A DNA stretch of 64,000 nt from Emiliania huxleyi CCMP1516 (GCF_000372725.1 NW_005201791.1:293380-357379), one strand, 5' to 3'; positions 35,101 to 47,195 are shown, numbered from the stretch's first letter. Numbers and translations: made by a program. Notes: generated by a model not told the origin, from the sequence alone.

Positions 35101-36006
35101 GGCTCAGGCGTCGGCGGAGGGCTGGGCGGCGGAAGTGGCGAGGGCCGAGGAGCTCTACGAGGAGCTGCGCGAGCGCGCGCCCCAGCACTGCCGCCGTGGC
35201 GGCAAGTGGGCGCGCGAGAAGTTCGTGATGTCGGTGCAGGGAGAGTTCCCACGCGCGCGAGGGGCAGGCGTTCCCAAGGGGACGATCCTGTGCCTCGGCA
35301 GGGTGCTCGACGCGCACGATGAGCAGGACGACGCGGAGGGTGGGCGCCGGGATTGGGAGGAGGACCCGCTCGGGTTCGACACCAACCCGGGCGGGGCTGC
35401 TCCGCGCCATGTGCATGGCGTTCGAGTGAACGCCGTGCAGGCAGCCCGTGCCTTTTGGTATACCCCGTTTGTGCCGCGTCCTGTGCCCCCGAGTTTTACT
35501 GCCGATCCAGCGCCTGGCGTTTGGGGCGGGCCGCAGTCGTCGTCGCTGATGGTATGGCGTCGGCGGCGGCGGCTCGCCCTTCCCTCCGGCCGCAATTCCG
35601 ATCCCGCCGCGCTCGCGGGAGGTCGCGCGTATATATTTATAGACAAACGGCTATCCGTGCTGCTGTGCGCCCCCTGGTGCGTGGTTGCTTGCTTTCAAGT
35701 TCTTAGTACTTAGATCACAAGATGATATAAGAAGGCAAAAAGATCGTTGCGCCTTGCCGATCCGCACCTACCTAGGCTCTTGGGTGGCGCGCCCACTCTT
35801 CACAACGATCTAGCCGTGTGTGCTGGCGTCCGGGTCCCAGCGGGTTTTCACGTAACAAGTACCGTACACACAACGAACCTGGTTCTGTCCCCCTCTGCTC
35901 CCCCGTACGTGGCGGCCGGTGCCCCAGCCGGCCTCTTGCAGTCAGCAGCCGGCGGCGGCGCCTTGCGCAGTCAGCAGCCAGGAGCAGGCGCGCGTCAGCT
36001 TTCACC

Positions 36007-39000
36007 ATGTCGCCCGACGTGCGAAAGCTCGGCGACCGCGTCCCGTTCGCCGAGGTGTGCGACGGTGGCGTGCTTCACGATTGGCTGGCGGAGCCGGAGG
36101 TGGGCAGGGAGGAGATTCGCAGTCTCATCCGTGCTCACGGCCTGGTCGTCTTTCGCGACACGAGCCTCACCCCTCGAGAGGAGCTGCAGGTCGCACAGCT
36201 CGCCGGCTACCACGCTACCGAACAGGCGACGGGCGGAGCAGGAAGTCTCTTTGGGTGGCAGGGCAAAGTGGCGGGGCTCGCGGCGCTGCCCGACGTGCCA
36301 GAGGTGGTGTGTCAGGGCAACGTGCAGCTCCTCGACCACCACGGGATTGACGGCGTGCAGCTCACGCCTCTGCTAACCTTTGAGAACGAGGGCTACCACA
36401 GCGACGGCATGCACAACATGCAGCACAGCCCGCCGGTGCTGACGAGCATGCGGTGCGTCAAGGCGCCGCTCGCGGGCGGGGAGACCTTCTTTGCCTGCTC
36501 ACGGCTGGCGCTGTCGCGCCTCGGCCCGGCGATGCGTGCGCTCTGCCGGCGCATCACCGTCCACTATGTGTACGATGAATCGCTGGGTCTGCCCATCATG
36601 CAGGGAGGCATCGTGCGCGAGAGCCGGCAGCCGAGAGAGAAAGATGCTTCGCCGCCTGCTCCTCCCGCCCGCACTTGCCACCCTCTCGTGCGCACGCACC
36701 CGGAGACGGGAGAGGAGGCCTTGTACCTCTCGTGCGCCAACATCGACTTCATGGTCGCGCCTGCGGACGAGCACGACTCGCCTGCTCTCCGCCTCGACAC
36801 AGCGGCGAGCTACGAGCTCGTCGCGGCGCTGCTGGGCGTCGTGACGCGGCCACCGTACGTGTATGCGCACCGCTGGCGCGAGGGCGACCTGGCGCTCTTC
36901 GACAATCGGCTGACGCTGCACGCGCCGCTCGTCGGCTCGTCGTGCGTGGGCGAGCGATTGCACCACCGGGTGAGGCTCGAGGGCGTGCCCGCCGCGAACC
37001 GCGACCTTGCCGAGCACGCGGTGCGGCGCGACCTCGCCGCGGCGCACACGCTCTCCCACCACTTCAAGTTCGATGAGCTGACCTGGAACCACATCTCGGC
37101 AAGGCTCCCGTCGGGCGCGGGCTTCCTCGTCACTCCGGGCGACGCCCTCTTCGACGAGGTGACGCCGCTCAACCTGTCGCTCTCCTCGCCGCAAGCCGTC
37201 AACGTGACGGCCGACGTGATCCACTCCGCCATCTACGCGGCCCGGCCGGACGTGCGGGCGATCGTGCATCACCACACCCCTGCCGTGGTCGCGGTGTCGT
37301 GCCTCGAGGGGGGGCTGCAGCTGCTCACGCAGGACGCGGGCGCCTTTGTCGACGCCGTCGCCTACCACGGGTGGGAGGGCGTCTCGGACGACTATGACGA
37401 GAAGGCGCGCATCGCCGCTGCGCTCGGCCCGATTGCGCACACGCTGCTGATGCGCCACCACGGCGCCGTCACCACCGGCAGAACGGTGGCGGAGGCGTGG
37501 GTGCGGTACTACTACCTCGACCGAATGTGCGAGGTTCAGTGCCGCGTCGGCTCGGCGCCGCACCTCCAGCCGCCCGCCGCAAGCCTGGCGCACGCCTGCA
37601 CGCAGCTTGGGCCGGGAGGGCCGTACTCTCACGGCCGGTTCGAGTGGGCGGCGCTCCTTCGGCTGGCGGAGTCGCTGCAGGCGGGCAAGAGCCGCTTCGT
37701 CAAGAGCGGCGACCCCGTGTGCGGCGTGGATGATCTCGCCGTGACAGCTCAGCCGCCGATGCCGCCGGCGTCGGCCTCTGCGCTCCACTCCTTGGAGGAG
37801 AGCGGATTCTGCGTGCTAGAGGGCGTCATACCGCCACGCGACGTGGCCGTGGTGCGGGAGAGCATCCTGCGGACCACAGAGAGGCACCACAATCCCAACG
37901 CGCCCGCCTGCATCGGGCACGTGCCGGGGCTGATTGGCTTTGACCAGTCCCTGGCGCCATACCTCGCGAGCCCCGACATCATGCGGATCGTCGAGTCTCT
38001 CTTTGGCGCCGCAAAGATCACCTTCACCACCGGGCAGACCAATCATCCAGGTGCACAGCGGCAGGCGTGGCACGCGGACTGGCCGTTTGCGCAGACCGGC
38101 TCGGCCCACCTCGGAGCGCCGTACGCGGACGCTACCTGCCACCTGACGACGCTGTGGATGCTCGACCCGATGAACGAGGAGAACGGCACCATCCTCCTGC
38201 CTGGCTCGCACCGGGCCACAACCAACCCGACGGCTCCAGGCGTGCTCTCCGACCCGACGGCGGCCCTTGCGCAGGAGGTTCGCGCCACGGGCAAGGCCGG
38301 CTCAGTGCTTGTGATGGACTCGCGGCTGTGGCACGCGATTCCGCCCAACCCGACGTCCACATCTCGCGTCGCGGTCGCGGTGCGGTACGCCCCCTGGTGG
38401 CTCGACACAAGCGTCGTCATGCCCGGCTCCGCTGCCCGCCGCCGCATCGTGGACGGCGCGGGGCGACCTGACACGGGTGGAATCCCCCTCGGAAACCCGG
38501 CACAGCCGCCCGTCCCTCCCGGCGTGTACGCCGAGCTCGCTGCTGCTGCGAGCAGTGCGGAGCGGCGGACCGCGGCGCTGTACGAGCATTGGCTGCCGCC
38601 GACGGCGGAGGCGCCCTCCCCGCCGCTGGCCCCGCCGGCGCCGGGAGGCGTGCCGCAGGAGGAGGAAGCCGCAGCCGCGCGCGCTGCTCTCGGGCAAGAC
38701 GGGCTCCACGTCCTCCGGCAGGCCCGTCTTGGCAACGGGAGGGCGATGACGTGGGACCGCTTCTCGGTCGCCGAGGCGGCGGAGGGAGGCTACCTTGATG
38801 CGCCGGCCGTCTGCACCCTCGCCCGCGCCTCCCTGGGCGAGTTCGTCCGTATTAGCGACGTGCAGGCCTTTGCCGCCAGCGGCGGTGGCGGCAGGGATGG
38901 GGAGCTCTCTTGCGCGTGGCCGCACGACCCCGCCCTCACTCCATGCGTCAGCACCCCGCCGCTCGCTCGAATGTGTTCCGACGCCGTCCTCGCGCTGCAC

Positions 39001-41354
39001 GTCTTTGTCGCGCATTCCGAATGCGCGCTCCTCGTCCGGCCTCTCGGTCGAACTCGGCCGGAGCGCATCGCCCTCTGCGCGGGCGACGCCGCGGTGATCG
39101 ACAGCCGCGTTCCGTTTCGTTGGGCCGACGGCTCCGACGGCTGCGCAATTCGCGTCACCTACTCTCCCTGGTGGTTTGACGGCAGTGTGCTGGCCGTCGG
39201 GTCGCTCCAGCGCCGCCGTGCCGAGGTTGCTTTCGAAGCGGGGCTCGCCCCGCCGCTGCCGCCGCCCCGCCCGCCACTCAGCCTCGACGCGGTGAGCGCG
39301 AGCGCTCAGCTGTGGGACCTCCTGCAACATTGGGAGGTGGAGTCTGGCGGCGGCACACTCGCTTCTGTTCCGGATCCCCTCGCCACGTACGGGCGGCTAT
39401 GGGCGCTCCAGCAGCTGCTCCAGTCGGGCCTTTTCGACTTGGTGGCCCGCGCGCTCGGCGCGTCGGGTCCAGCAGGAATGGGCGATAAGTCTTTCATGGC
39501 GGCGAAAGTGCGCTCCGACCCGCGCGCAGCGTGGGTGCTGCCCATCTTTGCGGGAGCCTTGTACGCGCCCGCGTGCGTGCCGCTCCTTCTCGCCGCCCAC
39601 GCCGCGAATGTCTGGCTGCACGCCTCCCGTGCGCCTTTTGTCTGGGACCACGAGCTCTGGGACCTGCTCACTGAGCTGCTGGTGATGGTTGCGATGGTCG
39701 GCCACCTTGTCGAGGGCGGATCGGACGGCCATCATCGCGTGGTCGCACGCGCCGCGCCAGCCGTGCGGACGGCGCTGGTCGTCTTTTACGCCGCGGCCGC
39801 GTTCTGGAAGCTCAACGATTCCTTTTTCGACCCGCGGTCATCCTGCGCGCCCGTCTTCACGCTGCAACTGGTTGCCGAGTACATTCCGCCCGCGCTGGCG
39901 CCTCCAGCGGTGACCAATCTCGTGGCGCGGGCCTCGCCGTGGATCGCCGTCCTCGTTGAGGCCACCATCCCGCTGCTCCTCGCGCAGGGCTCGCGGCCCG
40001 CCCTGCGACGCTGCGGGCTCGGGCTGGGCCTGCTCTTCCACCTCTTGATCGCGCTCACGCCTCCGCCAAACAACGCGGGCGGGTTCTCCGTCGGAGTCGT
40101 GGTGCGATACCTCTTCTTCCTCCCGGCCGCCACGGCCGCCGCCGAGCGATCGCTCTTGCGCTCACTCGCCTCGATGCGCGGAGCTGCCGTCGGCGCGCTC
40201 GCCGATCCGCGCGTTTTGGCGCTCATCGCCTCCGTGGCTGCCGCCGTCGGCGTTGCGGGCAGTCAATACCGGGTAACGCTGCAGGGCGCGCTCCCAGTCT
40301 TCATCGTCCTCCTCCTCATCTACCTGCAGGCCCTCCGCCTCTCGATGCGCATCCGAGAGGCTGGCCCACGGAGGGCGCCCGCTTGCTCACCATTGACCAC
40401 GCTGGTCGATCGCGTCACGCGCTCCTCTACCGCAGTGGTGCTCGCCCTGTGCGCCACGTACGCGTTTGCGCTGCCTGTGCTCGGCTTGCAGGACATGGCG
40501 GCCTGCAATATGTTTGCGAACCTGCACGGTCCGACCGCCGTCGTCACGGGAATGAACCACGTTTTGGTCCCGACCGGGCTGCTGCAGGCGCTCTACGAGC
40601 ACTCCTCGCCCGCGGAGGCAGGTGGCGAGCTTCCCTCGCCGCTGCTAGCCCCCCCCCCCCCCCCTCCTCGGCCTCGCCCTCTCGCCTCCCCTCCCCCTCG
40701 CCTCGCTTTCTCGCCGCCACCCTCCCCGTCGGTCCCGCCTCCTGCCCACCCGTCTCTGCCGCCTCCACTGCCACTCTGCCACCGTCCGATCGCCCCGCAG
40801 GCCCCCTCGCGGGCGGCGTGGTGGAGGTGCAGGGCACGACGAGTCGCCTAATCCGTGACCTCTACCCCGCCGAGAGCACCTCCATGCTGAGCGAGCGGAG
40901 CCGGGCGCTCCTCGCGCAGGCGGGCCACTCTGCTCGTGAGTTTGGCCCGTCGACCACGCGGGTGGTGGGCGTGCTGCCCGGAATGAAGCCGGACTCGGAG
41001 GCGCCCCAGCTCCCGTACCTCTTGCCGGCGCTCGAACTGCGGCGCCTGCTAGCCGAGGCGCGCGCCCGCAATGAGAGCTTCGAGCTCACGTACAAGCGAG
41101 TGAGCAACACTGGAGCGCCCTTCAATGGGCGACTCGTCCACGTGGTGGACTCGCACGTCGACGGGGCGTGGCAGTCGCGCTGCTCTGCTCGCGTCCCTGG
41201 CGTGGCGGGCCTGTCGAGCTTGAGCGGAGCCTGCGCGGCCGATGAGCTCGCGGTGCTCCCGTCCCCGGCCGACGGCTGGCTGGCCACTCTCCTGCTGAGC
41301 TTCCCGCTTCCCATGAGCCCCGATGGGCAGCGCGAGCTGGGGTGCCTGGCGTAG
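36007..41354 (+). CDS. Fusion protein: TauD/TfdA dioxygenase, class II aldolase/adducin, PhyH dioxygenase, degenerate PhyH and HTTM-like membrane domain
   Basis: YHSDG and HRWREGDLALFDNRLTLH; WNHISAR, IHSAIYAARPD, VHHHT, MRHHG; WHADWP and DSRLWHA; FWKLNDSFF. Open frame to 40621, then one GT-AG intron at 40622-40800. Confidence 0.85.
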
Positions 41355-43149
41355 GTGGCAGAAAACGCGCGCGGAGTGCGAGATGCAGCCCAGCCCATTG
41401 TACAGTGCATGTACGTATTCTGAGAGTGTACAGCTGCAGCGGCCAGCGCGTGCGCAGGCGGCACAAGGCTGCGTCGAGGCCCAAAATTTGATTGGAATCG
41501 GGCTTGTGCTCCTTCTTGATCTTGTGCTTCTTGTGGGCGGGCGCGGCAGAGGCGCAAACGGCAGATCAGCAGATGATGCTGCAACGTGTTGAAAGGGACT
41601 TGATCCACATGTATGGAGGACACCATCTTTACGCTGGACCATCTGCAGCGGAATACAGGGAGGCCCTTGAACATGAAGATCGCAGCTGGGGTGCAAGCTG
41701 AGTAAGGGGCGCGACCCCAGCTTTTCCCACTTCTCCTAACTACTGCGATGGCACACATACTCTCCGTCAGGCTCACTGATTGCACGGATTGGAACTTGGC
41801 GGCGCGGGCCTGCTTGGCGGGAGCCACCATGTTGTTGCGCCGAACAACCCCGTTGATTCCACGGACAGACTACATTCTACTTACATACAGTGCCATCACC
41901 GCACCGGCCGCGGTGGGGAGGTCGCGAAATATTGATTATTTTTTCACTCGCAATCTCGCTCTAGCCACCGCGACACAGATACGCGTGTATCAGTCTCGGA
42001 ACACAGCTCAGTCGCACGACAACCCGGACGACTCCGATGGACGGGCACCGTGCGGGCCAGTCAGTCACATCGAGACCGATTGTCACATCACTGTGTGTTA
42101 AAATCTTCTGAGGCCCCCTCCAGGAGCCCCCCCTGCGCCGACCGCCCGCGCCTACGCGCTCACCACACGACCCACTGGTCAGCACACATCAATCAATCTC
42201 CACGCACACATGTCATCGGGTCGCGAGGCGCTCAGAGCCTGTGGCCCCGGCGCTCGTCAGCATGCTCATAGCTATAGTGCCACGAGCCATCCACATTATT
42301 GGCTAGGGATGTCTGTTCCCGGGAGTGAACCAGCCGCGAGAATGCCTAGCCTAGGGCCCTAGGCGTGGGGGCCCGCGGCCTCTCGGAAACTCCGACCTTC
42401 GCCCGCGCGCCTTCCTGCCATCACACTCGCCCGCCGCACGACAGGCAGCTCGCGTGCCCGTCTGTCGAGCATCCACATTGCTTGGCATATGAAGGTCGCT
42501 GCACATCATGACTGGACAACCCCCCACCTCGACGTGACGGCCGTTCCCAGGGCCGGCCGGTGCGCGCCCGACCCACGCCCCCTCTCGCACCCCCCCGAGC
42601 GACCCCGCCCCTGCACGGCGCACCCGTCCGCTGTGCGCCGGCTCGAGCGCCTATTGCCAAATCGCGACGTTTGAGCGCAGCGCACGCGTCCCACACGTCA
42701 CGCGCGCGCAGGAGAGCTTGCGGCGGTGCTGTAGCGTGTACTCGCCGAGGGCATCGCGCCGAAAACCCCGCGCGTTCCGCCCCAGCAGAGGCTGCAGCCT
42801 CTGCGACAAAAACACCACTGTAAAGCGGTGACTATATAAGAGTGGGTGGGCTTGCTTGCTCTCTTCAAGAAGAGAGCAAAAATGCAAGAAAAGGGAAGGC
42901 TCTCCCCGGCAAAGGCTGCGGCGGCATGGGAAGGCGAGTAAGCGCACGACGTCGACGAAGGCTCTCCCCGGCAACGAGGCGCGAGGATATGGATCTCGGA
43001 TGGCATGATCCCCGGGGATGGTCGGCGGGGCCGCCGGGGGGGGAAGGGACCACAAGACACAAGACATAAGAGTGATGCGAAACGAACCTCGTCGCACAGA
43101 GCACAGTCTGAGGCACAGTGCAAAGACAGAGCTGTGTCATGCGCGAGAC

Positions 43150-44167
43150 TCAGAATCCATTGGCTTCGGCCCAAGCACGGATCGCTTCAAGGCGGTCACG
43201 GAGGGCCGGGCTGGTTGGAACCAATCCGGCAAACTCCTCGAGCCCACGGATGCGGATCCCGGGCGGGCCCTGGCTGCTCGCGCCACTGATGCGCTGCTCA
43301 AGTTCAGCGAGTGGCGATGCGAGAGGAGGCGAAGCCGCAGGCGCGAACGCGGCGGGCGCGGCGGGCGTGGCGGGTAGGGGTGCAGGCGCCGCGGGTGGGG
43401 GCTGCGCCGCCGGTACGAGCACAGGCGCCGGCGCCGGCGCCTGTACGCCCGCAGCAGCAGCGGCAGCCGGTCCTGTAGGCGCTTGCGCAAGCTGCGGTGG
43501 TGGCAGCTGTGGCGGATCCTCGGACCCTTGAACTGCGCCGCCGTCCAGCCCACCGTCGCTGTCGCGATTCTCCTCCTCTTCCTCCCCCCCCTCAACCACC
43601 GCCTCTTGCTCCTCCTCCTCCTCCTCCTTCTCCTCGCTCCCGCCTGCGCAGCTGGCTTTCCGCTTCCTCCGCTGGCGAAGGCGCGCTGCACGCTCTGACG
43701 AGCCCGCGCCGTCGTCTTCTTGGTTGTGGGCAGGGGTGAGCGCGTGTGGAGACGGCGCCTCGTCGAGCCATCGCGCGACGCACACGGCCGCGTCATGTGG
43801 GTTGTCAAAATACCCGGATCGAAACGGGCTCGAAAGCCAGGCTCGAAAGATCTTGCCGGGGAACGGGCTCAGCTCGCGCTCAACAAAGACGTGCTTGTAC
43901 AATCCCGGTAGGCTCTCGTCGATCAGCCCGGAGATGTCGACCCCGGCATGTCGACCCCGGCATGGAGCATGGACTGCGAGAAGATCGTCGAGGTGCTGCG
44001 TGTTCTGGCCTTCGCAAGGCTGCCAGGACAGCTCGACCTTCTTGTGTGGCAGTCGACTCTTCGTGCACTGTCTCAGCGTGGCGTGGACCTTCCAAAGGGT
44101 CCCGTCTTCGGCCCGAAGCTGGTGCCCGACGGCGAACTGGCCGATGGGCACCGAGGGCGGCGGCATC
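43150..44167 (-). CDS. Hypothetical protein with a possible AP2-like DNA-binding domain and an acidic/low-complexity tail
   Basis: GLYKHVF...IFRAWL...GYFDNPHDAAVCVARWL resembles the AP2 pattern YxGV...FxA...LGxFxTxEEAA; basic NLS-like RQRRKRK. Confidence 0.4.
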
Positions 44168-44335
44168 AACGCGATCCGACGAGAGGAGTCGGGGCGGCCG
44201 GAATTCTTTTTATCAGAAGCCCCGTTGTGGGGTAGTACGTAGGGGTATGAAAATTCAGACAAAAAATTTACGCAACCCGTCATCCTGTCACGGCGGGTAA
44301 TCGCGGCTCGCGATTACCCAACCGCGGCTCGGACA

Positions 44336-45688
44336 ATGCGCTGCTCGCCGAACCACTTGAGCTCGACGACAAAGCAGTGGCGCGCGCAGGGCGGCGGTGA
44401 CCTGGAGCCGGTTCTTAAGAGCGGTGCCGTCGCCCTCATCGACGCGCAGTGGATCATCAAGCACGCCGAGGCGGGTGGCGTCCTCACTCACCGCCAGGCG
44501 ATGCCTGAAGAGGCCTTCCTCTCCCTCGCCGACCTCGTCGAGGCTACGGTACATGACCTTCCGGTCGCCGCACTCTCCTACCCGTGGCTCGCCAGAGACC
44601 ACCCTGACCCGGACGGTGCCAATCTCCGCCGCGTCGCAAAGGCGCTAAAGGCTCTCACATTCGGCGGCCGGCGGCTTGGCGTCTTCTGGGACTATCTCTC
44701 GCTGCACCAGCACCCCGACCCCGCCAACGGTGTCGTGCGCACCGACGCGGAGAACGAGCTTTTCAAGCGGGGGCTTGACTGCCTCAGCACGCTCTACGCA
44801 CACCAGTTCACGATCGTGCTGCGGCTGACGACCTCACCCCCAGGCCACAAGAAGGAGGTCCAGCCCGAGGGTGCTAATGTGGCTGAGTACTTTGACCGCG
44901 GCTGGTGCTTCACCGAGAACGCCATGGCTAGCCTGACCAAGGACGGCAGGCTGTCGCTCGACCTCGGCCTGATGCACGATGACAAAGAGTACGACGGCTT
45001 CTACTGCGATCTCGTCGGTGAGTGCATCAAGGGCGGCGGCCGCCGGCCGCCGTTGCTGCCGTCGCAGTTTGCCGCGGAGCTGGAGAAGAAGAGCTTCACG
45101 AACGGCAAGGATGACACACCACTCGTGAAGCGGCTGTACGAGGCAGCCTTCGAGGAGCAGTTTGGCAAGGCAACTGTGCTGGACTACCATAACCTCGGCT
45201 GGGGCGACGCGGAGGCGGCGCAGCTGGCGGAGGTCCTCGCAAGCGTGGCGGCACCGCGGCTGGAGAGGCTCGATCTCAGCCGCAACCAGATAGGCAGCAA
45301 GGGCTCCAAGGCGCTGATAGCCGCCCTCAGGAAGGAGGGAGCCGCCCCACATCTCGAGTCGCTCGCACTCCACTCCAACCAGATTGGCGACAAGGAACTC
45401 AAGACATTGGCCCGTGTGTGCGAGGAGCGAGGCATTTGGCTAAATGCCTACAGGCCAAATGGCAAGCCAGCGGCCTCAACCGAATCACCATCAGCGCGCA
45501 TGCCTTCGCCGACTCCCTCGCCCCTGTCACCGTGCAAGCCACCGCGGAGCTCCTCAACGGCGCCTTCTTGCCCGCCCCACCGTCCTCCGCCTCTCTTGCC
45601 CGCAAAGATGGATGAACCAAGAGGGTGTGGTGTGCGTGAAGTTGCATCAGAGGTGCGATTAGTTGTGCCGGCTTGGTTTCCATTGTAA
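44336..45688 (+). CDS. HET-like domain plus RI-type leucine-rich repeats, intronless
   Basis: ALSYPW..HPDPDG, VFWDYLSLHQ, LSTLY, YFDRGWCFTE; LRRs LERLDLSRNQIG and LESLALHSNQIGD. Confidence 0.7.
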   Translation: MRCSPNHLSSTTKQWRAQGGGDLEPVLKSGAVALIDAQWIIKHAEAGGVLTHRQAMPEEAFLSLADLVEATVHDLPVAALSYPWLARDHPDPDGANLRRVAKALKALTFGGRRLGVFWDYLSLHQHPDPANGVVRTDAENELFKRGLDCLSTLYAHQFTIVLRLTTSPPGHKKEVQPEGANVAEYFDRGWCFTENAMASLTKDGRLSLDLGLMHDDKEYDGFYCDLVGECIKGGGRRPPLLPSQFAAELEKKSFTNGKDDTPLVKRLYEAAFEEQFGKATVLDYHNLGWGDAEAAQLAEVLASVAAPRLERLDLSRNQIGSKGSKALIAALRKEGAAPHLESLALHSNQIGDKELKTLARVCEERGIWLNAYRPNGKPAASTESPSARMPSPTPSPLSPCKPPRSSSTAPSCPPHRPPPLLPAKMDEPRGCGVREVASEVRLVVPAWFPL

Positions 45689-45775
45689 AGGTTCTCAGCG
45701 TTTGCTCCGTCGTCGTTTTCTTTTTTCTTTTTCCTGATACATCAGCCTCACTCTCTCCACTCTAGCCGACGCATT

Positions 45776-46531
45776 CTAACGACCGCCCGCGACGTCGAGG
45801 GTGGCACCGGTGACATAGGACGCGGCGTCGGTCGCCAGCCAGACGACGGCGTCGGCCACTTCCTCCGGCGACCCGGGCCGCTTCAGCGGAATGCCACCCG
45901 CCATCCGGGCGGCTCGCTCAGGGTCTCCGGCATCTGCGTGCAGGTCAGTGTCGATGATTCCCGGGGCGACGCCGGCGACGCGGATTCCGTCCTCGGCGCA
46001 CTCGACGGCGAGACCGCGCGTCAACGTATCCAGCGCGCCTTTTGACATCGCGTAGTGGATCCACTCGCCGCCACCGCCGAGCGCCCCGGCGCGAGAAGAC
46101 ACGTTGATGATCACGCCGCCGCTGCCGCCGCGGCGCGTTGACATGCGTCGCACCGCTTCGCGCGAGCACAGGACGGGGCCGACGATGTTGACGGCGGCTA
46201 CTTGCTCGAGGGTGTGCCTGTCCACATCCTCGACGCGGCTCTTCCCTCCGGTGATGCCGGCGTTGTTGACCAGCACGTCCAATTTTCCAAATTCCCGATG
46301 TGCGGCGGAAAATAGCGCGCGAATGTCCTCCTCTTGGCCCATGTTCCCTTGGACCGTCAGCGCTCGCTGCCCAGCCGCACGGACAGCGGCGGCGGTCGTC
46401 TCTGCCGCGTCGGAACGGCCGGAGAAATTTATGATGACGTTGTAGCCGGCGGCTGCAGCGCGGCGGCAGATTGCGGCACCGATGCCTCGGCTGCCGCCGG
46501 TTACGAGCATGACTGGCGACGTCGCCGCCAT
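45776..46531 (-). CDS. Classical short-chain dehydrogenase/reductase, bacterial YgfF-like, intronless
   Basis: VTGGSRGIG, LDVLVNNAG, NVSS, YAMSK, PG..DT, VTGATLDVAGGR. Confidence 0.9.
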   Translation of the reverse strand: MAATSPVMLVTGGSRGIGAAICRRAAAAGYNVIINFSGRSDAAETTAAAVRAAGQRALTVQGNMGQEEDIRALFSAAHREFGKLDVLVNNAGITGGKSRVEDVDRHTLEQVAAVNIVGPVLCSREAVRRMSTRRGGSGGVIINVSSRAGALGGGGEWIHYAMSKGALDTLTRGLAVECAEDGIRVAGVAPGIIDTDLHADAGDPERAARMAGGIPLKRPGSPEEVADAVVWLATDAASYVTGATLDVAGGR

Positions 46532-46605
46532 GTCCGATTGCGACGGCGAGCACCACCCCTCTCCTCCCCGCCGTTTTTCTTCTTCTTTGAGAGCGCCTTT
46601 GTTGC

Positions 46606-46733
<128 letters not shown>

Positions 46734-46736
46734 AAC

Positions 46737-46838
46737 GACTGGACACCAACGCGGTTGGGTGGACGCGAGACAGCTGACGACGACACGCTCGAGCGACTCA
46801 CAGACACACACAAGCTCACAAGACACAAGCAACACAGC
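46737..46838 (-). mobile_element. Copy of the microsatellite-tailed dispersed repeat, abutting (CA)n
   Basis: Reverse complement aligns to 32340-32436. Confidence 0.7.
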
Positions 46839-46959
46839 GCGCGCGCGCAACAAAAGCACGACGTTCGGGCGGCATGTCCAATATGCGGCACAAGCAACGG
46901 GCATTGCTTATCGAGGCGGGAGAGGCGGCGGAGCAGCATCTGCCAGTCACCGAGTCGCT

Positions 46960-47195
46960 TGCTGCCGTCTCGCTAGCGGACGCCGGCCTCGACACGGGGC
47001 GGCCGGCTGCCTGCCCCCGAATCCACGATGGGGGGAGAGACCACGTGTATCGTGTGTTTCGCGAGAGTCAAGTCGCATGCTGCGCGGTTCCGTGCGGGCA
47101 CCTGTGTGCTTGTGGGCCATGCTCTGAGCTGATGCGAGAGTGCCCTTACTGCCGCGAGCCAGTGATGATATGTGGATGGTTCCGCGTCCGGTCTA
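46960..47195 (+). pseudogene. RING-HC (C3HC4) zinc-finger C-terminal fragment with frameshifts
   Basis: GGETTCIVCFARVKSHAA / VPCGHLCACGPCSELMRECPYCREPV read across two frames. Confidence 0.8.

Noticed and set aside
40862..43100. ORFs 40862-41830 and neighbours as genes or a transposase
   Set aside because: No recognisable motifs; partly antisense to the fusion gene.
46737..46838. Hammerhead ribozyme in the dispersed repeat (CTGACGA on + strand)
   Set aside because: No GAAA core or convincing stems; other copies read CAGATGATGA.
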